This document shows positions 11,501-18,865 of a stretch of DNA of 27,936 nt, in pieces (position 1 is the stretch's first letter; every line of letters begins with the position of its first letter). This DNA comes from a virus (lineage: Duplodnaviria; Caudoviricetes): positions 1 through 27,936 of IMG/VR virus record IMGVR_UViG_3300025282_000184, one strand, 5' to 3'. The position numbers and the translations under genes were made by a program. Under the pieces are notes generated by a model. That model ran no database searches, was not told the origin of the DNA, and saw only the letters and a list, made by a program, of their open reading frames with translations.

Positions 11501-14500
11501 CGCCATCAGAAAAACCGCCATGGACTTGCGCAGCCAGATTTCGATAAGCAGGGGGCAGATCATTATTAATACTGTTTACTCCATGATGTGGAGGCAATGG
11601 GTTGAATTCTGGTTCGAAATCAATATCAATTAATCTAACAAATGGATGTTTGTATTTATTTCTTTCAAGCAAGTGACTTTCAATCACTGTTCTAATATCT
11701 CCTGATATATTTGCAGAAACAGGTACGAGACTCTCCAACATTTTATTAATTGTGAAATCAACCCATTTGTAAAATTCTAAAAATTTATCAAAATCAACTG
11801 ATTTACCGACTCTCTGAAAAAATAGTTCTCTTAATTTATTTAATTGTTTATATTCAAGGCGGTAGCGATGGACGGGATGACCAATTATATTATTGAACTC
11901 CAATATTGTTGAAAACATATCAATCATTTCATCTGAAACGATTTGATACGGACTCTTTTCAATCGCTACAAAGTATGTCATCGGCCGCTGTCTTTTAAGG
12001 AATATATCCTCGTCAAACTTTCTTATCTCAATTTGGTCAGAACTGTTCATGACTTCCGGAAGCTGTTGTTTTGATGTAAAAACAAAATTTTCAATAACAG
12101 AATTATTACTGCTTGTCGCAAAGCCGAGGGCGATGCCTGAGTTATATCTATCAATAAATGAAGAGAAATCGTTGTATGCAAGGTTTGTTGTCGTGGATGA
12201 ACCAGACGAAAAGTCAAAAACATTAAATTGCCCACTTGAATCAGAGCCAGAAATATTTTCGAAATTCCAATGCAATGCCAAAGTTTTATAGTTCGGTATG
12301 TAAGCACCGGATAACGAGTTCATATATTTTTGATCATTATGCGGGGCTGTTCCTGATAAAGAAATTAAAAAGTTCCCATAAGGCTTTTCCACTCCATAAT
12401 TTGTTATGTCTTTAATGTGTGAATGTAATTCATCATCACTTAAATTGTTATACCAAAATCTTACTGATGTTATATCTATATCACTCTTATTAATAATACT
12501 GCCCGTGTAGTTTGTTTTGTGAGCACCAACATATATTTTTTTAGAGCTTGTTAAAAAGGCGGTTGCTTGATTAAACGTCAAGTCTTTAGTTACAGTAAAT
12601 TCTTTTTCTATTGTGCCAAGATTTGCATGCGCGCCGTGGAAAATTAATTCATATGATGCGCTAGTATAAGTAGCTGTTGCAGCTGCCCCAACTTTTCCTA
12701 AACCAGTTACAGTATAGTGGTTGCTGTAATTTTTAGGTCGAATTCTTGCACTCAAATTCCAATGTTCATTATCATATACTCCCTGAATCCAGGAACTCGA
12801 CATCGCAACAATACCACGATATGACCCAGAAATATGAAAGCGAGCATGCTGTTTGAATTGTGGATGTTTTTCTACAAGAATGTGTAAGTTTGCAGCGTCT
12901 TCAAAGGAACCTGGTGTATTAAAACCATCTTTTGCCCAAGTTGTTGAATTGACGCCGAAGTCGCCGCTAGTGTCTATAGTATGTATGCCAACGACAGAAG
13001 ACGTATTTTCTGTATATCCATCACTAAATTTACTGCTCTTTGGGAATTTTTTTGGAAAATAAACATTTGCTTCAAGTGTTAATGGTATTTCTTTTAAGGC
13101 TTTTCCGTTTGGCAAATAAGAGAGGGCATTCGCATTATAAAGATTTTTATTTGTTGCATCTAAAAATTTTGATGCATCCTGATAAATTGTTCCAGTAAAA
13201 TTAGAATCAGATATATTTACAACTCTTTTCTTTACAGTGGCGTGTCTAAAATTTTCTCTAAACAAATATTCATTGTTATTTCCATAATAGTTTACTTTGA
13301 CCAGATCATCGCCCAGGCCGAGACACCGCAACAGTGATCTAATTGATTGTTCTGTACCTTTCGTTTTATAAATGTGTGATAAATTATTATAAATATTTTG
13401 ATAAATTCTATTTTTAATTTCATGAAGCTTATCTTTAATAACAAAATCTTCTGTTTGATTAATATAATTTTCTATCAAATCAGAGTTATTAAAGATTTCT
13501 GATACATAGAAACCTTTGTCCTGCAACAATTGGTTCATGAATGGATATGCTTTCTGACTTCCACTTGGATAATTAATACTTTTAATTTTGTGTATTTGAG
13601 AAATTTGTAAGTGAAGTGTATCAAAATAACTTGACATAATTTGAGTTAATTTATGAAGTTCGCCACCTTCGTCATCCTCGATAATCCATTGAGGGAATGT
13701 ATAATATAAGTACGAAGTATTTTGATCATCGTACATGGATCCTGTAAGTTTTTTCTTAGTAATATATGAACTCACGTCCGGGTGTTCTTTATAAACTATA
13801 GGATCTCTAAACTCAAATTTAGCATACCCTGAGTTTGTTAAAGCAGAGCCGGTGGATCTTTGATTAGTGGCGGTGTAGCCATAAAATATACCATTTGATA
13901 TGCGGCCAGAATAATCTAAAATTATCTCATCTGTTGTTGCTTCGCCAGTGATGCCTTCATTAAATTTGTAATACAGGCCTAAATTAGTATTCGAATCGTC
14001 AGTATTCGAACCACCAGCTACTTGACCAAACCAATTTATACCAATTTCTTTAGCCGTCCTACGAGTTTTCCAAAATCTAAAATCATCTATAGACGCACTC
14101 AGCGGGCCGTGGCCGAGCTTGGCAATAGAGTCTTCGTTAAAAGAAGTTCTGTGTGCCAGTGCACCAATAGTAGATACAATCGGTTTGTTCTGTCCCCAAG
14201 AAATTCCTCCTGAGACGCAGTTAATCACGGAGCCGGTTAAGATTGTTTCTACATATTCGCCATTATGGTATAGCTCGCACTCAATATTTGATGCTGCATT
14301 TTTAAAAGTAAAGGCATAGTGATGCCATTTGTCGTCTCCAACTTTAGAGGTTATGTATCCGGGCCCGTGAGACCCAGTGGCGCCAATCGTAGCCAATTTC
14401 ACACCACTAGTACCTGACGTGGCCGTTAACAAGAAAACTGTATCAGCCCTTGTTGAATCCATCTCAATTCGAAGGCGCCCATAAGCAGTACTCGAAACTA

Positions 14501-15098
14501 ATTCATGATTCCACAAATCATAAATAACTTCTCTTTTCGTTTTAGCTGCCCCAAGAAAACCATTCTTTTTTAACCAGAACTCTACTGTGGCTCCGTTTTT
14601 CGACAAATCAAAAAATAAGTTCTCAGCACGGGCCTTAGACAAATCATAGACATTATCTTCGGCCATGGAACCAGTTGTTAAAATATACTGTGCAGTCGAT
14701 GACGGAGTACCGTAATTTCCCGAACCTGGTGTAGCTGCATCAATATTTAAAGTAATAAAACCATTTGTCCTGGGATATTCATCCTCAAAAACATAATTTT
14801 CGAAATACGATGAACTATTGTGCCATTGTATTTTTTCTTTTTCAGATCCATCATAAGGATAAGAATCATAAACATTAGCAGCTGCATCAATATAATATTG
14901 TTTGGCAGAACCATAACGCACCCAATTTTTGGGCTGTGAGAAGTCAACTTGAGGCGTAACTCTTTCTTTAAATATTTTATAAGTTTTTAAATATTCTTCA
15001 GATTCGGTTTTGGATCCCAAAGAATCCAAACTAGAAGATTGCGCAATTATTTTTTGCGAATCTTTCTCAAATAAATTTTTTAAGCTATTGTAAGACAT
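5550..15098 (-). CDS. Giant multidomain baseplate protein (3182 aa): two LamG/concanavalin-like domains plus a P2 gpI/T4 gp7-like wedge segment
   Basis: LamG motifs ATVEFWLK, DDKWHHYAFTF, LYHNG, IDDFRFWK, LYYKFNEG..DYSG, with a second degenerate copy LTLEANVYF..ITSVRFWY..LHWNFE. IYKTKGTEQSIRSLLRCLG matches the gpI-type KGT...(I/V)..L..LG motif. Lies downstream of the gp25/gp6-like genes. Confidence 0.7.
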   Translation of the reverse strand: MSYNSLKNLFEKDSQKIIAQSSSLDSLGSKTESEEYLKTYKIFKERVTPQVDFSQPKNWVRYGSAKQYYIDAAANVYDSYPYDGSEKEKIQWHNSSSYFENYVFEDEYPRTNGFITLNIDAATPGSGNYGTPSSTAQYILTTGSMAEDNVYDLSKARAENLFFDLSKNGATVEFWLKKNGFLGAAKTKREVIYDLWNHELVSSTAYGRLRIEMDSTRADTVFLLTATSGTSGVKLATIGATGSHGPGYITSKVGDDKWHHYAFTFKNAASNIECELYHNGEYVETILTGSVINCVSGGISWGQNKPIVSTIGALAHRTSFNEDSIAKLGHGPLSASIDDFRFWKTRRTAKEIGINWFGQVAGGSNTDDSNTNLGLYYKFNEGITGEATTDEIILDYSGRISNGIFYGYTATNQRSTGSALTNSGYAKFEFRDPIVYKEHPDVSSYITKKKLTGSMYDDQNTSYLYYTFPQWIIEDDEGGELHKLTQIMSSYFDTLHLQISQIHKIKSINYPSGSQKAYPFMNQLLQDKGFYVSEIFNNSDLIENYINQTEDFVIKDKLHEIKNRIYQNIYNNLSHIYKTKGTEQSIRSLLRCLGLGDDLVKVNYYGNNNEYLFRENFRHATVKKRVVNISDSNFTGTIYQDASKFLDATNKNLYNANALSYLPNGKALKEIPLTLEANVYFPKKFPKSSKFSDGYTENTSSVVGIHTIDTSGDFGVNSTTWAKDGFNTPGSFEDAANLHILVEKHPQFKQHARFHISGSYRGIVAMSSSWIQGVYDNEHWNLSARIRPKNYSNHYTVTGLGKVGAAATATYTSASYELIFHGAHANLGTIEKEFTVTKDLTFNQATAFLTSSKKIYVGAHKTNYTGSIINKSDIDITSVRFWYNNLSDDELHSHIKDITNYGVEKPYGNFLISLSGTAPHNDQKYMNSLSGAYIPNYKTLALHWNFENISGSDSSGQFNVFDFSSGSSTTTNLAYNDFSSFIDRYNSGIALGFATSSNNSVIENFVFTSKQQLPEVMNSSDQIEIRKFDEDIFLKRQRPMTYFVAIEKSPYQIVSDEMIDMFSTILEFNNIIGHPVHRYRLEYKQLNKLRELFFQRVGKSVDFDKFLEFYKWVDFTINKMLESLVPVSANISGDIRTVIESHLLERNKYKHPFVRLIDIDFEPEFNPLPPHHGVNSINNDLPPAYRNLAAQVHGGFSDGGDERAKEAQAGGGDGGRGPVVQGRSPFPSLEKGMQTLRNHEIISTNVNTIGVADVDINREHLRRIIMNSEVINRLTPGISAGVLTPITQGHNQYYNKKINFEKEVLAFKGTSEDNSDHVKIEAGKLNQDYGLQDVIIHRKDKERYSGEADLFQKNEAGTFIEEHSVSKTDIVTPFTIYSHSGPTNSQVSTDFKTNYEFTNLHHDSYNAESPLQGPFTNEHVGGLAYRHAPVNVVNTIKTSTDTELTRPEGWRIRFGNDGVAATATITITAYTELNAGDKVNLVATDGTNYDFTQGDQSSVNGTFEATTSNNATAANLMNVINTSSGPAGTRFTASVDGAVVTVTQATAGTAGNTTVTLTDSGTAGMTKTNFTSGTDDKTVKVYGPGADGFHKPRASFYREELVKRPVNIKNIKTVTSSINGLRVLGNYINNYELVQTVGADVNNLWFIHHTGNLPSSGSDAKSIVFKDLYDFKVDERKYLRDLSTRQKTVINDRFSAPGGPEVNSLGFLDEASRTYSVYNNLNYRNLSVRQPLKTLLSEAEGKYEGTPGFNLRRANTASYHEVHNNRITLLKRPGSTVLTSSIYNNGFVITPTPSSDRQYAWITASLSTHDLGDSAPMGYAHRSGEERKAKSGGYIYTPSIAFMSASDISSYIDGDDAGTPRKFGGFDKDKKPSGFAAGSRLTTDFVGLNFHILAAVTASQNFLSASGLNTKLLTLENTSFTKANLLNTFLLNYNGPYQYPSWKQTRTGEHPIVRDMRINNRISIQKPARLFTDDQGNHYKEMRSPHSRSFTEPAVTSKYKPLTHRFLYKPDNLTNLDAANEGQGIQTRVKRDPNQMVADLITLEHTYGNKLASFSRNEIDKLLDVKVNTENLAYDDLTAIYLYSGLTGESTPVEKFVSLNYRERIWPREKNEYLSKTYMRKNYFVSFWRENRNNRVITNPVPLATWVEGNAKGFTNAFDKSLITKNDGSAIRPMIGDTGSMWPLDARTTDNLGNTSFETSITINGLDTTGTTHATGAVAPMVSGGLGELWSMYPQWSIIDTNSGKARKFTAQMSPIYSRRTFENVWITTGGASTLTYMLAGDTKWEADSQADKQPFPQGTYENWVEDLRRQGKDYSLIPEFRISEHMDYYVNVKASDFLADREGFLTLTGTVASDSANDNFYKDYSHSDFLKHFNIIDEHRKTTFMNGKQIQRAEDTSLTLKCRALMKFLPYSGFYPVLRTLELASLFSASFFDTAQVKKVSKQVADNFLGYKRPLITPYFAPGIMYNTIKAGIAVDYPVYTIPTPRSAAVSYINHYKPSYEATGSFKTVQGINNYGYRLNENFTKRLQFESLLEPSEFYRGLQILDQEIHPSASVHQAAASELPPTASFSETKDKRYKLAMHNFLAETMQFFVDKTPIKSDFGDLDPRFGQMSGTTPYEMFIIMKKTGSFSMYDRPSAFGPPVVNAFSRSSGIPTTLYTNEVNASNAAPTAAQYGKASGYSPFTPPYESLEHDYSYQSPHSGSLIKIEFNPVKFDASLDNSRYDLLTILSGATVTYARNGFVPFAALATGQTKNIDNAMQVSASINFTETIFDFEKTAKETRDGLKFGAPVLDFDKAGRKLVIETKFETPMLNFKDVATTLPKYGSGSVAKGMWHQYGTLPANPEEGVVIEIADGLNKPSLADALGLRKGNHKIGKVPSKKKVKESIIAIPFRTIKNKKVFFSIDRERIDAAIFYDREASETEREKILTIAGQDVIDMVKKMRTYVLPPKFDFLTFHGKFNTPEVKPFAMHIFEFEHEFSQQDLIDMWQNLPPDLGTNIKEPRESVSTITHPLLAQAIREYSEEHEENQKKSGFVTLHEDLRWIIFKVKQKAEWNYYKSLRKTRGDLLLQIEDNQKLDIASGKLDPKEAVQLSSKEVEPLYSYNWPYDFFSMVELAQIEADVKITPQLVEETEDDMPAPAKIIGQALASAATKEGMSSTAGGTNTTTGTSTTGGGSTTGGK
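5553..5630 (-). repeat. Short imperfect repeats encoding the Thr/Gly C-terminal tail (TTG units)
   Basis: Plus strand shows recurring ccggttgt / ccggtggttgt; peptide SSTAGGTNTTTGTSTTGGGSTTGGK. Confidence 0.7.
10374..10721 (-). repeat. ~116-aa T/A/G-rich inserted module, copy A
   Basis: AATATITIT...DKVNLVATDGT...TAANLMNVIN..SGPAG.RFTAS...AVVTVTQATAGTAGNTTVT...FTSG aligns by eye with copy B at 16230-16592. Confidence 0.8.
12200..13082 (-). other. Degenerate LamG-like domain 2 (within the 3182-aa protein)
   Basis: LTLEANVYF, WNLSARI, KIYVGAH, ITSVRFWYNNLSDDEL, LALHWNFE..FDFSSG parallel the motifs of domain 1 in the same order. Confidence 0.65.
13315..13700 (-). other. P2 gpI/T4 gp7-like helical wedge segment (within the 3182-aa protein)
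   Basis: P.WI...D...L.KL..IM..YFD.L...I helix followed by IYKTKGTEQSIRSLLRCLG (KGT at 13353-13361). Confidence 0.55.
13890..14594 (-). other. LamG/concanavalin A-like jelly-roll domain 1 (within the 3182-aa protein)
   Basis: TVEFW, WHHYAFTF, LYHNG, IG, IDDFRFWKTRRT..EI, LGLYYKFNEG, ILDYSG motifs typical of LamG-like domains. Confidence 0.85.
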
Positions 15099-15110
15099 TT
15101 ATCAAACCAA

Positions 15111-17051
15111 TTATTGTTTTTTCTCAACTCTAAATTTAAATCTATTATTTTGTACAACCCATTTGTTGCCATCGTAATAAGCTAACTCAATACCATATGC
15201 TACATCGGGTTCTAATAATTTCATATCTAAATCGAAAAAATTACCTTCTTCATCATATGACATATATGTTTCATTATCAGAAGAACCAGTGCTATGTCTA
15301 ATAACTTCTAAATTGTCTTTGACCCTGTAAACTTTAAATGAAGAACTCTCGACAATTATAGTTTCTGGTGCTGAGTTCACGGCAACATAATTATTTGGTT
15401 TCCAATTTTTCAATCGATTTTTTACTCTAAATCTTGTTGTTTCGTTACTATCATAAACATCTTGATTGTGGTGCATTGACACAACATACCTTGAATTTGG
15501 ATTAGACATTGATGCTGATATAAAATTAGGTTTGAAAGATCCAGTGGCATATTGAACAGTTCCAGCATTTAAAACCGATCCTGAGCCGTTGTGCCACACA
15601 TCGAACACTTTTGTAAGGATACCATTAGTATTGCCGGTTAAAGCGAAGGAGGCACTATAAATGCCTGTTCCTTGCCATGCGTAACCTCCTGTAATATTTG
15701 TTCCTATAGTTGCATCTAAATATTTGACATCAGCAGAAGCAGAAAGCTTGCTTCCAACAGGAACAGCGTTATCGACACTGCCCGAATATAAGCTTGTGTA
15801 AATTGCTACTTTAGTGCCGATTCCTTTAATATTTTTTAAGGTACCCTTTACGTAATTGTAAAGATATAAGGTATGTAAATTATCGACATTATCAGCCAGA
15901 GAACTGCTATAATAAAAATTAGTGCGATCGTCTGTGATTTTATTGTCCCATCTAGCCTCAAGTACAGGTCGCTTGAAAAAGAACTCGCTTTTTCTTCCAT
16001 GGAATTTTTTAGTATAATATGAACGTTTTATTCCCCCTGCGTTCGTTTGTACAGCTGGAGCGGGGGATAAATCTGTTTTGTCAATCACTTCAACGTAAGC
16101 CTCATTTGCATCAGTCAACTTGACATGAATACCATAATTATCTCTTGCACTTGCTATCCATTCTTCAACCATGGTAGTTACATCAACCTCAACATCTTCT
16201 GGTCCGTCAGTAAACGTTTGTGTAGTGTTGGATCCCCCACTTCGAAAACCAAGTGTGCTGCCGTCTTCTTTAGTAGAAACTGTGCAATTATTAAGATTTT
16301 CAGTAATTGTTGTATTCCCATCGGAGCCAGCAGTAACTTGAGTTAGTGTGATGGCGCCGGTTTTTACGGCAGATACAGTAATTTTTCCAGCATGGCCGTT
16401 TGAAGATTCAACACACGTTTTTAGGGCGGCTGCAATTGTGTCAGCAGGTCCACTATGATTGAATTCAGGGGGGTCAACAGATGTATTTGTTGACGACGCA
16501 GCTTTATATGCTTTAGAAGTGCTATCTGACGAAATGATTGTTATGACTTGATTGGTTGCGCAGCCACCTGTAAACGTTATTGTCGCTGTGGCGCCAGTAT
16601 AATAGTCTCCTCCGGGGGTGTTCCATGGATTTGAAAACGAAGCCGTCATCCAAGTAGACCCCGTAATTGTTGGATATCCTTTGTCTTTGTATTCATCCAT
16701 GTCGACGCCGGCGCCCTCGTCCCAAGATTGAGAAACAGGTGCGAAACTTAAAGTATAATCGCGGGGGAGGGTTTGTGAATGCTTCGCATTATACATTCTG
16801 AGATAGAAGTTCACATTACCTTTAGCTGGGATGTCGCCGGAAGTTCGATCTGCAGTAACGTCAGTTATAGGAAACCTAACAAGAATTCTTGTGGCCTCCA
16901 CGGAACTTGTAGTAGCTTGTCCATAAATAGAGAACACTTCCAATATATCTGAGGCTCCCATATTTGCGTCATAGCCTCGGGAAGTTAAACTATGTTTGAA
17001 GGCGTTTGTAATTGTATTATCTTCTGATGCAGTATATCTTTTAATTCCCAT
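15111..17051 (-). CDS. DNRLRE-like (beta-sandwich, possibly carbohydrate-binding) structural protein with an inserted module and Ig-like C-terminal region (646 aa)
   Basis: Pattern EDNTI...NMG..D.LEV...RILVRF...YLRMY...PVSQSWDEG.G...TW...W..PGGD...VDVT.MV.EW....NYG...KF.G....RPVLE is characteristic of DNRLRE domains. Starts by TAATG overlap with the gp6-like gene. Confidence 0.7.
   Translation of the reverse strand: MGIKRYTASEDNTITNAFKHSLTSRGYDANMGASDILEVFSIYGQATTSSVEATRILVRFPITDVTADRTSGDIPAKGNVNFYLRMYNAKHSQTLPRDYTLSFAPVSQSWDEGAGVDMDEYKDKGYPTITGSTWMTASFSNPWNTPGGDYYTGATATITFTGGCATNQVITIISSDSTSKAYKAASSTNTSVDPPEFNHSGPADTIAAALKTCVESSNGHAGKITVSAVKTGAITLTQVTAGSDGNTTITENLNNCTVSTKEDGSTLGFRSGGSNTTQTFTDGPEDVEVDVTTMVEEWIASARDNYGIHVKLTDANEAYVEVIDKTDLSPAPAVQTNAGGIKRSYYTKKFHGRKSEFFFKRPVLEARWDNKITDDRTNFYYSSSLADNVDNLHTLYLYNYVKGTLKNIKGIGTKVAIYTSLYSGSVDNAVPVGSKLSASADVKYLDATIGTNITGGYAWQGTGIYSASFALTGNTNGILTKVFDVWHNGSGSVLNAGTVQYATGSFKPNFISASMSNPNSRYVVSMHHNQDVYDSNETTRFRVKNRLKNWKPNNYVAVNSAPETIIVESSSFKVYRVKDNLEVIRHSTGSSDNETYMSYDEEGNFFDLDMKLLEPDVAYGIELAYYDGNKWVVQNNRFKFRVEKKQ
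16230..16592 (-). repeat. ~121-aa T/A/G-rich inserted module, copy B
   Basis: ATATITFT...QVITIISSDST...IAAALKTCVESSNGHAGKITVS...GAITLTQVTAGSDGNTTIT...FRSGG, sitting between PGGDYY and TQTFTDGPEDVEVDVT of the DNRLRE pattern. Confidence 0.8.
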
Positions 17052-18850
17052 TATATGACCGCTCCCTTAATATCATCCCCAAATTTGATCTCAAAGCATA
17101 TATTTTCTTTTGAATTAACAATACGACCATCCGGGCTAGTATTCTGTTTAACATTATAATACACACCAGAATGATTTGTTGATGTTTTATTAACAATTTT
17201 TACGTCGACCACATCTAATACTTCATCAACTTCTTTTAAAATTCTATACACTTCTGTAACATAGAAAGGTTCACCAATGTTCATTTTAGGAGATAATAAT
17301 TCTTTCTTTAGATGACTCAAAGCGGCAATAAGAGCATCATGTTTATCAACACTTGTTTGTGAAACAATCGTAAAATTAATGCCCAAGTTAACAACGTGCG
17401 CATCAAGAATATCAATTGAATCATTTATCATTTTATTTAAATTAAGATAAGATTTCAAATTATTTTTAATAATTGAAGAAGTTCGAATTAGGTTTTGACT
17501 TGTGTCTTCAGAAAGAACATAAATATTAATGTTTCTTTTATAAGCATCATTATCTTGAAATACATTCGCTCTTTTAATTGCGCCAAGGGCGCGGGGCATT
17601 CTATAAATTATGCTGATATAATCATTTTTTGTAACAGCTCTATTCTGTGTAGAAAAACTGTCGTATGCCATTGTTCGGGCTTCGTCGATTGTTATTTCGT
17701 TAATATCACCAATAATAGGAGAAGGATTATTTGCCTCCAAACTAGAAATAATAGAGGATCTAGTGCCGGCAGGAATAGATGTTTCATTTTTAAACGAAAA
17801 TTCTGCATTTGTTATCTGTGTAATGGAATTTGCAGAAGCGTTGACATTTTCAACCACTGTCGTTCTATATGTGACTGTTAAAGTAGTATTAGATGGCCCG
17901 ATTCCAAACTTATCATTAACGAACATGTTCTTTGGATCATATGAATTATCTGATATATAGTCTCTTGCATGTAACTGCATTACAACTTCATTTGGATCTA
18001 CAAACTCTTTGTTCAACACATCATTGTTTGAAACAGTCCCGAATTGAAGATACGGAATGTTGAATTCGTCGCGCTCAACAACAAACCTTCTTGGTACGGC
18101 CATTGGTTTTAAAACTGAAGGAGCATCCAGTAAAGTAGATGGATCTGAATTTGTAGAAGTCCTATAAATCACATCTTGGGACAAATATTCTACTTCGAAA
18201 TATTCGTTCCCGCTTTCATCAAAAACTGATGCAATCTCTGTTATATTTGTATCACCCAAAGAAAGTTTATAAAAACGAATAAATTCTCCAACTGTAAATT
18301 CATTTGTTATTAATTGGCCCGAGACTACCTGACCGGAATTCTTCAACACATAATGAGTTGGTATTTTGTTAGCATTTGTTTTAGCAACTTTAAAAATAGT
18401 ATTAGTGGAAGCGAAGTTAACGTCCTCTGTTAAAGTAAAGTTTTTGCCTGCGGGGGTTGAGAAAGCACTGCCGCGTTTAACTATCGGCAAGTAATCTGTA
18501 ACGGGTGCGTGGGCGCCCGAATCTGCATCTACTAAAACAAACAAGTCAACGACTCCAAAAGAATTTGCGACTGGCTTATGCTTGTACCCTAATTGTCTTG
18601 CATGGCGCAAAACATTTTTAAGTTCAAAAGAATTTTGAAGAAAACTTTCATTAACATGATAATCCACTGCAAAAGATAATGAATCTCCAACATACGAAAT
18701 CAAATCGACCATCAAGGAACCAAACGATCCTTCATTAAAATCTTTAAATTGTTCGGGATAATATTTTTTTGCATAACTAATCAAATCATCCTTAATTGAG
18801 TCGTATTCGCGATTAGTATATTTTATATTTAGTTTTTTTCCACTTAGCAT
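17051..18850 (-). CDS. Baseplate wedge subunit, T4 gp6 / P2 gpJ-like (599 aa)
   Basis: N-terminal YTNREYDSIKDDL...FKDFNEGSFGSLMVDLISY...NESFL..S...NV...A..LGY, internal LQFG, and QNRAVTKNDY motifs typical of gp6-like wedge proteins; adjacent to the gp25-like gene. Confidence 0.92.
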   Translation of the reverse strand: MLSGKKLNIKYTNREYDSIKDDLISYAKKYYPEQFKDFNEGSFGSLMVDLISYVGDSLSFAVDYHVNESFLQNSFELKNVLRHARQLGYKHKPVANSFGVVDLFVLVDADSGAHAPVTDYLPIVKRGSAFSTPAGKNFTLTEDVNFASTNTIFKVAKTNANKIPTHYVLKNSGQVVSGQLITNEFTVGEFIRFYKLSLGDTNITEIASVFDESGNEYFEVEYLSQDVIYRTSTNSDPSTLLDAPSVLKPMAVPRRFVVERDEFNIPYLQFGTVSNNDVLNKEFVDPNEVVMQLHARDYISDNSYDPKNMFVNDKFGIGPSNTTLTVTYRTTVVENVNASANSITQITNAEFSFKNETSIPAGTRSSIISSLEANNPSPIIGDINEITIDEARTMAYDSFSTQNRAVTKNDYISIIYRMPRALGAIKRANVFQDNDAYKRNINIYVLSEDTSQNLIRTSSIIKNNLKSYLNLNKMINDSIDILDAHVVNLGINFTIVSQTSVDKHDALIAALSHLKKELLSPKMNIGEPFYVTEVYRILKEVDEVLDVVDVKIVNKTSTNHSGVYYNVKQNTSPDGRIVNSKENICFEIKFGDDIKGAVI

Positions 18851-18859
18851 TTTTTATTT

Positions 18860-18865
18860 CCACCT
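18860..18865 (-). promoter_or_regulatory. Possible Shine-Dalgarno (AGGTGG) for the gp6-like gene
   Basis: AGGTGG 9 nt upstream of ATG 18850, overlapping the TAG stop of the gp25-like gene. Confidence 0.5.

Noticed and set aside
10374-16592. Inteins or introns as the explanation for the inserted modules
   Set aside because: No Cys/Ser...His-Asn splice junctions, no LAGLIDADG or HNH motifs, and the reading frames are uninterrupted.
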